Below, in pieces: positions 1-13,822 of a stretch of 64,000 nucleotides of DNA. Numbering within the stretch: the first letter of the stretch is position 1; every line of letters starts with the position of its first letter. The position numbers and the translations under genes were made by a program. A model generated the notes under the pieces. It saw only the letters and a list, made by a program, of their open reading frames with translations. It made no database searches and was not told where the DNA came from. Source of the DNA: Mustelus asterias (taxonomy: Eukaryota); assembly GCF_964213995.1 (NCBI RefSeq), contig NW_027590156.1, forward strand, positions 620,001 through 684,000, read 5' to 3'.

Positions 1-381
1 ACTCGACGTTTTAGGGAATAGATGTGAAACAATGCAAGAAACAACGGCTCGGAACCGCAAACACCAACCGTTATCTTTCTTGTGTTTTTTTTTACTTGTT
101 CTTTCATCCACTGTTAATATTTGCACACAATTTAAAATTCTTCTCATTCGTTCTTATTCTTTCTCCATTTCCTTTTTCATCTTCCGAACTTTTTCATAGT
201 TTAATTCTCTTTCGTTCTTCTAATTTGAAACGGTTTTAACGTGTTCAGCACAATTTCCTTAAGCAAGAGTGCTGAGACAGGGAGGGAGGGGTGAATTACC
301 CAACACAAACTCAGACCATCCCAGTGCTCTATCACAGTCTGTCTCTCCTCCTCCGTTCACTGAATGATGCTCTGTGTGATG

Positions 382-395
382 CGGCCAGGTGGCGC
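382..395 (+). promoter_or_regulatory. Candidate CTCF site upstream of the V leader
   Basis: CGGCCAGGTGGCGC, one mismatch to the CTCF core consensus, about 210 bp upstream of the V ATG. Confidence 0.45.
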
Positions 396-604
396 AGGAG
401 GAAATGGAAAATACATCCGAAAACACAATGTCCTGTGAAAACCCAGTTGCCTCAATCGCAACATTATGATAGCAGCAGAATTGCACGAGCTCTTCTCCGC
501 TGTAATCTCTATGTCAACCCGCTTCTCACTTTACTGCAACAGATTACAACAGTAAATAGAACTGCTATTCCAGAGGTTTTGTTGGGAGAGTCAGAATAGA
601 TCCC

Positions 605-1013
605 ATGTCGTCCCGTCATCTCATTATATTGTGGTTTGTACTCGGTACGTATGGCCGTATGTACTTATGTCATACTTCCATCACAACCCACTGTTCATTT
701 TTATTTCAGGGAGGATTCGCGCAGATTCGGTATCACAATCCAAGACAGAACTCTACGTGACTGAAGGAGACAGTGTGATTACAGATTGTACTTATAAAAC
801 AAATCTCTTTAATCCTGATCTGTATTGGCACAGACAGCACACAAACTTCTTTCTGAGTTTTAGTTTACTTCGGGATAACAGTCGAAGAACAATCACAGTT
901 TTTACCAAGGGATGATTCGAGGCTGGTCAGAGTAAGACAGAAAAGAGATTTCCCTTAAAGATCATTCGAACAGGAATCCAGAACACTGCCTTCTATTTCG
1001 ATGGGTTGAAGAT
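605..1013 (+). pseudogene. TCR alpha/delta-type V segment pseudogene (leader exon 605-644, intron 645-709, V exon 710-1013)
   Basis: Leader MSSRHLIILWFVL ends at a phase-1 G|gtacgt donor; acceptor ttatttcag. V exon reads GRIRADSVSQSKTELYVTEGDSVITDCTYKTN...LYWHRQ with first Cys and Trp present. In-frame TGA at 913-915, and the second Cys is lost (NTAFYFD instead of DTAxYYC). Confidence 0.88.
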
Positions 1014-1052
1014 CGCAGTGGTTTAAAACTTATCTGTCTCTGAACAAAAACC
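1014..1052 (+). other. 23-spacer recombination signal sequence with a mutated heptamer
   Basis: CGCAGTG (1014-1020; the critical CAC is changed to CGC), 23-nt spacer, perfect nonamer ACAAAAACC (1044-1052). Confidence 0.9.
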
Positions 1053-1339
1053 TCAGGGCCGACGAACAGGCGTTCTCTCAAGATCACAGGAACCTTCGTT
1101 GCTCTGTAAGTGACTGTCCTGTTCAGAATCTGTTAGTCCTGCTTCTGAGTTACAAAGTTTTAGGGTCAAGGCTCACTCCTGAGACTTCAGCCTGTAATCC
1201 AGGCTGTTGCCGAGTGGCAGCACCGAGGGCGTGCTGGACAGCAATGGTTGTCATATTTCGCATCAGACATTAATCTTAGGGACACACACTTCATTTATGT
1301 AAAATATCCTAGACTACTATTTTAGAAAATCATTGCGGA

Positions 1340-2105
1340 TTTCATAGAATCATAGAACCATACAGTGCAGGAGAGGCCCTTCGGTCCATCGAGTCTGTAC
1401 TGACACGCTAGAAACACTTGACGTTCCCCTTACCAGCAATTGGCCCATAAGTTTGAATGATATGATGTGCGAAATGTTCATCCAGGTAATTTTTAAAGGA
1501 TGTGAGGAAACTCGCCTCCACCACCCTCCCAGGCAACGCATTCCAGACTGTCAACTCCCTCCAGTTCAAAAAGAAATTCTCACATCCCTCCTAAACCTTC
1601 GCCCCCGCAGCTTGAATCTGTTTTGCCTCGTGACTGACCCTTCAAATACGAGGAACAGCTGCTCCCTATCCACTCTGTTCATGGCCCTTATAACCTTGTA
1701 CACCTCGATCAGGTCGCCCCTCAGTCTTCCATGCTCCAATGAAAACAACACAAGCCGACGGAAACTCTTCAGAACGTAAATGTTCCATCCCAGGCAGCAT
1801 CCTGGTGAAACTCCTCTGCATCCCGTCCAGTGCAATCATATCCTTCCGATAATGTGGCACCCAGAACTGCACACAATACTCTAGCTTGGGCCCTAACCAA
1901 CTCTACACAACTTCCACATGACATCACTCCTTTTTTAATCTATGCCTCGATTGATAAAGGCAATTGTCCCATTTGCCGCTTTCAGCACCCTACTGACATG
2001 TCCTTTCGTCGTCAGAGATCTGTGCAGAACCACGCCAAGGTCCCTTTGTTCCACTGAACTTCCTGGTGTCATGCCATTAATTAAATATTTCCTTGTCAAC
2101 TTATT
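1340..2105 (-). mobile_element. CR1/HER1-type LINE 3' fragment, degenerate
   Basis: Minus-strand remnants of the CR1 ORF2 C-terminus (QFW.PHYRKD, RLRGDLIEVYK) and a (TTCTATGA)-like 3' tail at about 1340-1360. Confidence 0.85.
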
Positions 2106-3256
2106 CCTTCCATCTGTCCTGGGCCTGTCATTAGCTCTCAAGCAGCATCACTGAAAATATCAGATAGATTGTTGTTGTTGGAATTTGTTGTGCGAGTTGT
2201 GGCCAGAGAGGCGCCGACAACAATGATTTCAGCAACAATAACGGCAATATTAGCTTCAACAGCAATTGTGACAATGAGAGTCGAGCATGCTGGAATTGAT
2301 GTTCAAGTTATAATCAAAAACAGATTCAATTCATAAAGTTGCTGCAAGCTGTGACCACTTACCGTTAAAATGAGTTAGCTTAATTAACTTTCATCAAGCT
2401 TACTCCTCCAAATATGATTTACAAATCTTCTCTATAACAAAACTTTAGATGACCGAGTTTTCTGTGGGAAAATTAAATAAATACAATGCATGATGGCAAT
2501 AATTTCACCCAAAACAATAAAACTAAAAGTCCACGATGAATTCCGTGCGTGAAAATTGTTTCGCTTGCTGTTTGTAGATGGGAAAAGGGGTTCATTGTAT
2601 CACTTGTTATAGCATATTAATCTCAGTTATCATTTGTCATTTCTGTGAAATCCATCCTGTGTTCGGTGAGTGTCAGAGCAAAACGGTCACAGTGACTTCA
2701 GATATTTCAGATGTACATCTAGTAAAAAGAATTAGGCCGTAGGAAAGTATTTTGATGACCACTCATGATCAAATATGAAGGGCGGAGTAGAATCAAAATG
2801 TTGAATGGCTTACTCATGCTTCTATTTTCTGTTTCCAAAACTCTCAGAAGGAAATACGTGCCGAACTAATCTGATATCTGTGAGCAAGAAGTAATTGGGC
2901 GCCTGGCAGAAATCGGAAGAGACGGTCTTTGAATTTGAGATTAGAGCCCAGATCAATATCTCCCCTCACCTGCTGTTCTTGATGTAGACACAAAGGCATG
3001 GTTTGCGGGAGGTGGATGTAACCATGGAATGAGCAAGCAGAGTTTGGCTCAGTATATAATGGAATCATCCCCCTTGCCAATGGTGCAATGTGGAGGTAAC
3101 CAACAGTGAGCGAATCTGTTTGTTCACCGTTCTGTAACTAAGGTGCAGGCTCTAACTTAATTATTCCTCTGGAGACGCTCACTCAGAATAAATGTGAGAC
3201 GCTATGAAACCACCGCAGAGCTCAGGTTTAAGCTTCATTTCACTTTCTGGGACAGG

Positions 3257-3326
3257 ATGCATGGACCAGCGAAAGGTCTCTTCTTCGCCATTTTTTATCC
3301 CATTCTCGCTGCCATTGGTGTTCCTG
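3257..3326 (+). CDS. GPR139/GPR142-like GPCR gene 1, coding exon 1
   Basis: ATG at 3257 gives MHGPAKGLFFAIFYPILAAIGVP followed by a phase-1 G|gtaggt donor. This is the first half of TM1, matching the GPR139-type YY...G(L/V)P|AN pattern. Confidence 0.85.
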
Positions 3327-4548
3327 GTAGGTGAAAGATCCCAAATAATTCTCATGACTTGAAATGTATGGCGTTGCATTATCATTAACCTTTTATTGTT
3401 GAAAATTCGGTTTTATTCGAATGTAGTAAAATGCGATCTCGTGTTTTCAGTGTTTTGCACGATAAAGTCTATAAAGTGACCTATATTTCATCCACTGGTA
3501 TGCACAGTCTCAGAAAATGAGCTATCGCAATCTAATAATTCAATTAGATGCATTGACATAGAACATTCATTCAGTGCTTACATGAACCTAAGCTGTGACC
3601 TCCAGCAGTTAGTAATGGTTGATTTGTAGTGAGGCGGCACTGGGCTGCCCACATCGTTACTGAGGTTTTAAGATTGAATTATTGAAACGTTTGAAAAAGG
3701 TGTGGGGGTTATGCATTATGCATTTTGTCTTGTGTTAGTCAGTGTGGTAAATTTCGGATAATTATATTTTTAATCACTAGCTGTATGCATGTAGATATGG
3801 CAAGGCGAATATGTCTTGTCCATATCTAGCTTTCATTTGAGAAGGCGATGTAGCGTTTGTTTCTTCAGACGCTCGGATAAGTAGAATGGGGATGCTTCAC
3901 AAGACTTTAACAAATCAACTTTATACTGACCGACAAAATGACTTAGAATTGTTCAAATAATTTATTTTCTAAGGATCGTCCTGAAGCACAAAGGGAAAGA
4001 TTAGTCTTTGAAAGAAGGAGTTCCAGAGATTAGGGTCTCGGCACATAAAGGCAAACTGAAAAGATCAAATCAGGGTCATGGAAGTCCACACTCGGAGATA
4101 TGGTGTGATCTCAGATAGTTGTAGCATGTTATCAAAATCTGGAAAGGCAAGATTATGGAGGGATTTATAATTCGAAGGACGAGATTATAAAAACAGAGAC
4201 GCTGCCTGAATGGCAGCCGATAGGGCTGATGGATGGATGGGATTGGTACGAATAAGAACAACGACAGCACATTTACGGAGAATCTGAAATTTGATAGTTA
4301 TCTGAGGGGATCAACTCAGTGACCAGAGGGCAGAGTAACAATTTGGACTGATTGCAATGTCTCCTGATTTAAAATAACTTTAATCCAGTTTTGAATGTCG
4401 GACCATTGCCAAAGACTTTGCAATCACTGGAGTCTGGAGTTGGCAAAGTGAAGGATGAGGATGTTTTCAGCAACCGATTGGATGGCGCAGCAGATGGTGT
4501 TTAGAGCCCTCTCTGTAACACCTCTCTCTGTCTCTTTCTATCTCACAG

Positions 4549-5438
4549 CCAACTTGGTGACGATCGTAATCTTATCCCGAGGACGGTGCGGACTGTCACG
4601 CTGCATCACCTACTACCTGATCGCGATAGCACTGACTGATTTCCTTGTCATCATCACCACCATAATCCTCAACCGGATTGGGCGGATCTACTTTCAGAAC
4701 AGCGTCCTGTCTACCACCCCCGCATGCACACTCAGCAATCTGCTGGTCTATTTTGCGCGGGATATGTCCGTCTGGTTGACAGTGGCTTTCACCATCGACC
4801 GTTTTGTGGCCATCTGCTGCCAGAGCCTGAAGACCAGATACTGCACCGAGAAAGCAGCATTGCTGGTTATAGGAATAGTCTGTGCCTTGAGCTGTGTCAG
4901 GAATGTCCCTTTCTACTTCACTTACCAGCCCTTGTACACCCTGGACGGGGTGCCCTGGTTCTGTGCTTTTAAGTCCAGCTATTACACGCTGCCCGCCTGG
5001 CAGGCCTATGACTGGCTGGACTACATCTTAACTCCGTTTCTCCCGTTCCTCCTCATCCTGCTTCTTAACGCTCTAACCGTAAAACACATCTTAGCGGCCA
5101 GCAGAGCCCGCAGGAGACTCCGGGGCACTGAGAGTCACAGGGACCCAGAGATGGCAAACCGCAAGAGGTCCATCATCCTCCTCTTCGCCATCGCCCTCAG
5201 CTTCCTCCTCCTCTGGGTCACCTATATCGCACACTTCCTCTATGTGCGGATTACAGGTGAGGGCTACCGCACCAGCCTGGATTTCAAAGACCCACGGTAC
5301 GTCTTTCAGGAAGCAGCAAACATGCTCCAGCTAGTCAGTTCCTGCAACAACGTCTTCATCTATGCAGTCGCCCAGACCAAGTTCCGAGAGGACCTGAAGA
5401 AGGTTCTGCTATGCCCCTTCACCACGCTCACTGGCTAA
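4549..5438 (+). CDS. GPR139/GPR142-like GPCR gene 1, coding exon 2 (spliced product 319 aa)
   Basis: Polypyrimidine tract with tcacag acceptor at 4548; joins exon 1 in frame (GVP-A-NLVTIVILSR). Open to TAA at 5438, with seven hydrophobic segments overall, FTIDRFVAICC in TM3, ECL2 WFC, and ANMLQLVSSCNNVFIY in TM7. Confidence 0.92.
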
Positions 5439-5829
5439 AATACACATCAGCACGTGCTTGGCTTTCATCAACTTAGATCAATGTGTACTCCGTCTCTCTG
5501 GAATCAGACACTATTGGGCTTCAGATACAGGACTTGAGAGATGTAAGGCTCATAATACAGTGCTCACAGCCCCGGTTGTTGCTCTGAATGAATGCTGAGT
5601 TATCACATTTGCTAACTTCCTGGAAGAGATAATGTAGTGATGGAGATTTCCAGCATTGAAAGAGGCCCTTCGGCTATAAAACACCTATCGAATCAAATCC
5701 CATTTTGCAACAGTTGGATCGCTTCCTTTCATGATATGACGGTTCAAGTGCTAAATGCTTCTTAAATGTGAGGGTTCTTTCCCCTGCCATACTTTCAGGC
5801 AGTGGGTTCCCGATTCCCACCACCCTCTG

Positions 5830-8800
5830 GTTAAAAAGGGAAGGTTTGTTAGGTTACTGGGGACGGTTTAAACTCAAATGGTTGGGGGGTGGGAATCAAA
5901 ATGTGGTGACTCGGAGAGAGGAGGTTAGAGTAAAAGTAAGAGGGGCTGGTCAGCATTGTGAGAGGGAGGATCGGCATGTGAAGGGGAAGGGGAGCTCTCA
6001 GGCCGAAGGGTTGAGGTGTGTTTACTTTAACGCAAGGAGCATAGTGAACAAAATGGATGAGCTTAGGGCGTGGATCGCTGCTTGGAATTGTGATGTGGTG
6101 GCCATTACAGAGACTTGGTTATCTCAGGGTCAGGACTGGGTACTTCAAGTGCCGGGTTTCAGATGTTTCAGGAGGGACAGAGAAGGAGGCAAAAGAGGTG
6201 GGGGAGTGGCACTGTTGATCAGGGATAGTGTCACAGCTGTAGAAAAGATGGATGCCACGGAAGGAATGTCTACGGAATCTCTGTGGGTGGAGGTTAGGAA
6301 CAGGAAGGGGTCGGTAACTTTACTGGGTGTTTTCTATAGGCCGCCCAATAGTAGCAGAGATGTGCACGAGCAGATTGGGAAGCAGATTCTGGAGAGATGT
6401 GATAATAACAGAGTGGTCGTGATGGGAGATTTTAATTTCCCAAATATCGATTGGAATATCCCTAGGGTAAGGGGTTTAGATGGAGAGGAGTTTGTTCAGT
6501 GTGCTCAGGAGAGCTTCCTGACGCAATATGTGGATAGGCCTACAAGAGGAGAGGCTGGGCTTGATTTGACATTAGGGAATGAACCTGGGCAGTTGTCAGA
6601 TCTATCAGTGGGAGAGCATTTTGGAGATAGTGATCAAAACTCTATCTCCTTTACACTACCATTGGAGAGCGATAGGATCAACGGAGCGAGGAAAGTGTTT
6701 ATCTGGAGTAAGGACAACTATGATGCTATTAGGCGGGAAATTAGAGGCATAAATTGGAAAGAGGTTTTCTCCGTGTTGGAGCTGTTGAAAAGCATCACGT
6801 TAGATAAATCGCCGGGACCGGATGGGATGTATCCCAGGTTACTGTGGGAGGCGAGGGAAGAGATTGCTGATCCTCTGGCGAAATGTGGCAAATGTTCAAG
6901 GAAAATTTGTCTGGAGCTCTGCACAGCAATGTTCCGGTGCAACAGGGGAGTTATGGTAGGTTACAGGAACCGTGGTGCACGAAAACTGTAACGGATTTAG
7001 TCAGGAAGAAAAGAAAAGCCGACAAAACGTTGAGGGAGCTGGGTAATGTTAGAAATCTAGAAGAGTATACGACTAGTAAGAAGGAACTAAAGAGGGAAAT
7101 TAGAAGAGCCAGGAGGGGACATGAGAAGGCCTTGGCAGACAGGATAAAGGAAACCCCAAGGCATTCTACAAGTATGTGAACAGCAAGAGGATAAGATGTG
7201 AAGGAGTAGGACCTATCTAATGTGACGGTGGGAAAGTCTGCATTGAACCGGTAGAAATAGCAGAGGTACTCAATGAATACTTTGCTTCAGTATTCACAGT
7301 GTAAAAGGATCTTGGTCGTTGCAGTGCAGACTTGCAGTGGACTGAGAAGATTGAGCATGTGGGCATTAGGAAAGAGGATGTGTTGGAGCTGTTGAAAAGC
7401 ATCACGTTAGATAAATCGCCGGGACCGGATGGGATGTATCCCAGGTTACTGTGGGAGGCGAGGGAAGAGATTGCTGATCCTCTGGCGATAATCTTTGCGT
7501 TGTCAATGGAGACGGGAGAGGTTCCAGAGGATTGGAGGATGGCGGATGTAGTTCCCTTATTCAAGACAGGGAGAAGAATAGCCCAGGAAATTATAGACCA
7601 GTGAGTCTAACCTCAGTGGTAGGTAAGTTGATGGAGAAGATCCTGAGAGGCAGGATTTGTGAACATTTGGAAAGGAATAGTATGATCAGAAGTAGCCAGC
7701 ACGGCTTTGTCCGAGGCAGATCATGCCTTACGAGCCTGATTGAGTTTTTTGAAGGTGTGACTAGACACGTAGACGAGGGGAGAGCGGTAGATGTGGTTTA
7801 TATGGATTTCAGTAAGGTGTTTGATAAGGTGCCCCATGCAAGGCTTATGGAGAAAGTGAAGGGGCATGGGATACAAGGGGACGTTGCTTTGTGGATTCAG
7901 AACTGGCTTGCCCACAGAAGGCAAAGAGTGGTTGTAGATGGGTCTTTTTCAGAGTGGAGGTCGGTCACCAGTGGGAGCCTTGCTCTTTGTGATTTTTATA
8001 AATGACCGGGATGAGGAAGTGGAAGGATGGGTTGGCAAGTTTGCTGATGACACAAAGGTTGGACGTGTTGTGGATAGTGTAGAGGGATGTCAGCAGTTGC
8101 AATGAGACATTGATAAGATGCATGACTGGGCGGAGAAGTGGCAGATGGACTTCAACACAGATAAGTGTGTGGTGGTTCATTTTGGCAGGTCGACTAGGAT
8201 GGAAGAATAGGATATTAAGGGTAAGACGCTTGGCAGTGTGGAAGAACAGAGGGATCTTGGGGTCCGGGTTCATAGGACGCTCAAAGCGGCGTAGCAGGTA
8301 AAGGCTGTGGTTAAGAAGGTATGACATACTGGCATTCATCAATAGAGGAATTGAGTTTAGAAATCGGGAGATAATGCTGCAGCGGTATAGGACCCTGGTC
8401 AGACCTCACCTGGAGTACTGTGCCCAGTTCTGGTCGCCTCATTACAGAAAGGATGTGGAAGCCATAGAACGGGAGCAGAGGAGAATTACGAGGATGTTGC
8501 CAGGATGAAGTGGTATGCCTTATCAGGATAGGTTGAGAGAGCTAGGTCTATTCTCCTTGGAGAGGTGAAGGATGAGAGGTGACCTGTTAGATGTGTATAA
8601 GATGTTGAGACGTATTGATAGAGTGGATTCTCAGAGGCTTTTACCCAGGGCTGAAATGGTTGTCACGAGAGGCCACAGGTTTAGGCTGCTGGGGAGTAGG
8701 TATAGAGGAGATGTTAGGGGTAACTTTTTCACTCAGAGGGTGGTGGGTGCGTAGAATCGGCTGCCGGTAGTGGTGGTGGAAGCGGATTGGATAGAGTCTT

Positions 8801-8935
8801 TTAAGAGACTTTTGCATAGGTTCATGGAGGTTGGTAAGATAGAGGGTTATAGATGCGCCGAGAAGGGAAGGAAATTGTTCGGCGCAACTTGTCGACCGAA
8901 GGACCTGTTTGTGCTGTAGGTTTTCTATGTTCTAT
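5830..8935 (+). mobile_element. CR1/HER1-type LINE, 5'-truncated, disrupted ORF2 (APE endonuclease and RT)
   Basis: APE motifs (YFNARSI, VAITETW, VMGDFNFP), RT motifs (NYRPVSLTS, QHGF, MDFSKVFDKVPH, FADD) with many stops and frameshifts, and a 3' TTCTATG tail. Confidence 0.92.
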
Positions 8936-9878
8936 AGTGACACAATCTGCAAGGTAAGCACTAATTAGTGACACAATCCACAAGAGTCACTCCAAATAGT
9001 TACACAATACCCAAGGATCATTGTAAATAGCGCCACACTCCCCAAGGATCACTGTAAATAGTGTCACAATCCCAAAGGATCACTCCGAATACTGACACAA
9101 TCCCCAAGGATCACTCTAAATAGTGACACAGTCCCCAAGGATCACTATAACTGGTGACAGAATCCCCAAGGATCAATCTAAATAGTGACACAATCCTCAA
9201 GGATCACTCTAGATAGTGACACAATCCCCAAGGATCACTCTAAATAGTAATACAATCCTCAAGAATCACTCTAAATAGTGACACAATCCCAAAAGATCAC
9301 TCTAAATAGTGACACAATCCACAAGGATCACTCTAAATAGAGACACAATCCCCAAGGATCACTCTAAATAAAGACACAATGCCCAAGGATCATTGCACAT
9401 AGTTACACGAACCCCAAAGAACACTCTAAATAGTGACACATTCCCCAACGATCACGCTGAAAAGCGACACAATCCTCAAGGATTACTTTTAATAGTGACA
9501 CAATCCACAAGGATCACCCTGTAGCGTGATACAATCCCCATAGATTATTGTTATTAATGACTCAATTCCCATGGATCATTGTAAATACTGACAGAACCCC
9601 AAGGAGCTTTCTAAATAATGACACAATCCTCAAGGATCACTCTAATCAGTGACACAATCCCCAAGTATCACTCTAAATAGTGAAACAATCCCCAAGGTTC
9701 ACACGAAATAGTCACATAATCCCCAGGATCACTCTCAATAGTGACACCATCCCCAAGTGTCACTCTGAATAACATCGCAATCACCAAGGAACACTCTCAA
9801 TAATGACACAATGCCCACAGATCACTGTAAAAAGACACAATCCCAATGATCACTCTAAATAATGATTAATCCCCAAGC
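8935..9878. repeat. 31-bp minisatellite (TAGTGACACAATCCCCAAGGATCACTCTAAA)n, about 30 diverged copies
   Basis: Direct tandem periodicity visible in the sequence. Confidence 0.92.
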
Positions 9879-9879
9879 A

Positions 9880-12800
9880 TCACGCGACCTGGTACTGGCA
9901 AGGTATCTAGAGGGGATGGGTGTGCAGGCAGTGCTATGTTCCTCTTGCACTATGTTTGAGGTGAGGGACGACGTCAGTGTCCCTGATGATTACACCTGTG
10001 GGAAGTGCACTCATCTGCAGCTCCTCCAAAACCGTGTTAGGGAACTGGAGCTGGAGTTGGATGAACTTAGGATCATTAGGGATGCGGAGGTGGCCATAGA
10101 CAGAAGCTTTAGGGATACAGTTACTCCGAGGAATGAAAATAGATGGGTGACGGTGAGAGGGGCTGGGAGGAAGCAGTCAGTGCAGGGATCCCCTGTGGTC
10201 GTTCCCCTTAGCAACAAGTATTCCGCTTTGGGTATGGTTGAGGGGGACGACGGACCAGTGGTGAGCCGCAGTGAGAGGATCTCCAGCACTGTGTCCGTCT
10301 CTGTGGCTCGGGAGGGTAAGGGGGAGAGCGGAAGGGCAATAGTTATTGGGGACTCGTTAGTTAGAGGGATTGATAGGAGGTTCTGTGGCAGGAAAAGAGA
10401 CTCGAGGATGGTATGTTGCCTGCCGGATGCCAGGGTCCGTGACGTCTCGGACCGTGTCTTCCGGATTCTTAAGGGGGAGTGGAAACAGTCACAAGTCGTG
10501 GAACACATTGGTGGCAACGACATAGGTTAGAGAAGAGACGGGGATTTAAAACAGGGATTTCGGGAGCTGGGCTGGAAGCTGAGAGCCAAGACAGAACATG
10601 TGGTCATCTCTGGTATGTTACCGGTGCCACGTGATAGCGAGTTGAGGAACAGGGAGAGAGTGCAGTTAAACATGTGGTTGCAGGGATGGTGTAGGAGGGA
10701 GGGTTTCAGATACATGGATAATTGGAACACATTCTGGGGAAGGTGGGACCTGTACAAACAGGATGGGGTGCACCTGAACCAGAGGAGCACCAATATCCTG
10801 GGAGGGAAATTTGCTACGACTCTTCAGGGGAGTTTAAACTAATTTGTCAGGGGAGTGGGAAAAGGAGTTGTAGTCCAGAAGTCAGTGTTGAGGGTGGTGG
10901 GGTACTGGGGAAGGTATCAAGGTCAAGGGTGGGTACTGGTAGACAGGAAGGTGGGTTGAAATGTGCCTACTTCAATGCAAGGAGCATCTGGAACAAAGTA
11001 GATGAACTTGGGGCGTGGATTGGTACTTGGGACTACGATGTTGTGGCCATTACGGAGACGTGGGTAGAACAAGGACAGGAATGGTTGTTGGACGTTCCGG
11101 GATATAGATGTTTCAGTAAGAGTAGGGAAGCTGGGAAAAGAGGTGGAGGAGTGACATTGTTAATCAAGGATAGTCTAACGGCTGCGGAAAGGCACTTCGA
11201 GGGGGATCTGCACACGGAGGTAATATGGGCTGAAATTAGAAATAGGAAAGAGGCGGTCACGTTGTTAGGAGTTTAGTATAGGTCACCAAATAGTAATGGA
11301 GATGTGGAGGAAGAAATTGCTAAGCAGATTATGGATATGTGTGGGGGTCACAGGGTAGTTGCCATGGGGGACTTTAACTTTCCAAATATTGATTGGAAAC
11401 TTTATAGGTCAAATAGTTCGGATGGGGCAGTTTTTGTGCAGTGTGTGCAGGAGGGTTTCCTGACACAATGTGTGGATAGGCCGACAAGAGGTGAGGCCAC
11501 ATTGGATTTGGTACTGGGAAATGAACCGGGCCAAGTGTTAGATTTGGTTGTGTGAGAGCACTGTGGAGATAGTAACCACAATTCGGTGTCTTTTGTTATT
11601 GCAATGGAGAGGGATAGGGTCATACGGCAGGGCAAGGTTTACAATTGGGGGAGAGGTAATTATGATGCGATTAGGCAAGAATTAGGGGGCATAAGATGGG
11701 AACAGAAACTGTCAGGGAAAGGCACTAATGAAAAGTGGAACTTTTTCAAGGAACAAATACTGGGTGTCCTTGATAGGCATGTCCCTGTCAGACAGGGAGG
11801 AAATGGCCGAGTGAGGGAACCATGGTTCACAAAAGAGGTGAAATGTCTTGTGAAAAGGAAGAGGGAAGCTTATGTAGGGATGAGGAAACAAGGTTCAGAT
11901 GGCTCGATTGAGGGTTACAAGATAGCAAGGAATGAGTTGAAAAAGGGGCTTAGGAGAGCTAGGAGGGGACATGAGAAGTCCTTGGCGGGTCGGATCAAGG
12001 AAAACCCCAAGGCTTTTTACTCTTATGTGAGGAATAACAGAATGACCAGGGTGAGGTTAGGGCCGGTCAAGGACAGTCGTGGGAACTTGTGTATGGAGTC
12101 AGTGGAGATAGGCGAGGTGATGAATGAATACTTTTCTTCAGTGTTCACCAAGGAGAGGGGCCATGTTTTTGAGGAAGAGAAGATGTTACAGGCTAATAGG
12201 CTGGAGGAAATAGTTGTTCGGAGGGAGGATGTCCTGGCAGTTTGGAATAAACTGAAGGTCGATAAGTCCCCTGGGCCTGATGAAAGGTATCCTAGGATTC
12301 TTTGGGAGGCAAGGGATGAGATTGCAGAGCCTTTGGCTTTGATCTTTGGGTCCTCACTGTCCACGGGGATGGTGCCAGAGGACTGGAAAGTGGCGGATGT
12401 TGTTCCTCTGTTTAAGAAAGGGAATAGAAATGACCATGGTAATTATAGACCGGTTAGTCTTACTTCAGTGGTTGGTAAATTGATGGAAAAGGTCCTTAGG
12501 GATGGGATTTACGACCATTTAGAAAGATGCGGATTAATCCAGGATAGTCAGCACGGATTCGTGAAGGGCAAGTCGTGCCTCACAAATTTGATTGAATTTT
12601 TTGAGGAGGTAACTAAGTGTGTTGATGAAGGTCGGGCAGTTGATGTCATATACATGGATTTTAGTAAGGCGTTTGATATGGTCCCCCATGGTCGGCTTAT
12701 GATGAAAGTAAGGAGATGTGGGATAGAGGGAAAGTTGGCCGATTGGATAGGTAACTGGCTATCTGATCGAAGACAGAGGGTGGTGGTGGATGGAAAATTT

Positions 12801-13822
12801 TCGGACTGGAGGCAGGTTGCTAGCGGAGTGCCACAGGGATCAGTGCTTGGTCCTCTGCTCTTTGTGATTTTTATTAATGACTTAGAGGAGGGGGCTGACG
12901 GGTGGATCAGTAAATTTGCTGATGACACCAAGATTGGTGGAGTAGTGGATGAGGTGGAGGGCTGTTGTAGGCTGCAAAGACACATAGATAGGATGCAAAG
13001 CTGGGCTGAAAAATGGCAAATGGAGTTTAACCCTGATAAATGTGAGGTGATTCATTTTGGTAGGACTAATTTAAATGTGGATTACAGGGTCAAAGGTAGG
13101 GTTCTGAAGACTGTGGAGGAACAGAGAGATCTTGGGGTCCATATCCACAGATCTCTAAAGGTTGCCACTCAAGTGGATAGAGGTGTGAAGAAGGCCTATA
13201 GTGTGTTAGCTTTTATTAACAGGGGGTTGGAGTTTAAGAGCCGTGGGGTTATGCTGCAACTATACGGGACCTTGGTGAGACCACATTTGGAATACTGTGT
13301 GCAGTTCTGGTCAACTCACTATAAGAAGGATGTGGAAGCGCTGGAAAGAGTGCAGAGGAGATTTACCAGGATGCTGCCTGGTTTGGAGGGCAGGTCTTAT
13401 GTGGAAAGGTTGAGGGAGTTAGGGCTGTTCACTCTGGAGCGGAGGAGGCTGAGGGGAGACTTAATAGAGGTTTATAAAATGATGAAGGGGATAGATAGAG
13501 TGAACGTTCAAAGACTATTTCCTCGGGTGGATGGAGCTATTGCAAGGGGGGATAACTATAGGGTGCATGGTGGGAGACATAGGAAGGATATCAGAGGTAG
13601 GTTCTTTACGCAGAGAGTGGTTGGGGTGTGGAATGGACAGCCTGCAGTGATAGTGGAGTCAGACACTTTAGGAACATTTAAGCGATTATTGGATAGGCAC
13701 ATGGAGCACACCAGGATGATAGGGAGTGGGATAACTTGATCGTGGTTTCAGATAAAGCTCGGCACAACATCGTGGGCTGAAGGGCCTGTTCTGTGCTGTA
13801 CTGTTCTATGTTCTATGTTCTA
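9880..13822 (+). mobile_element. Near full-length young CR1 LINE: ORF1 (zinc finger, coiled coil, SGNH esterase) 9916-10842; ORF2 (APE and RT) about 10830-13739
   Basis: ORF1 has CSSC...CGKC, a leucine heptad, and GDS / GGND / DGVH esterase blocks, with one internal TAG (10528). ORF2 stays in one frame with two nonsense codons (11274, 11553) and the FADD motif. (TTCTATG)n tail. Confidence 0.95.

Noticed and set aside
285-345. Minus-strand leader-like ALGWSEFVLG|gtaatt
   Set aside because: No nearby ATG and no V exon or acceptor downstream within the window.
4455-4548. N-terminal extension of the GPCR ORF in the track
   Set aside because: Intronic: it contains the polypyrimidine tract and acceptor, and TM1 begins in the exon at 3257-3326.
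8935-9878. Regular 31-bp array as a possible CRISPR
   Set aside because: Contiguous tandem units without unique spacers, in vertebrate DNA with no cas genes. The same applies to the 47- and 56-bp arrays.
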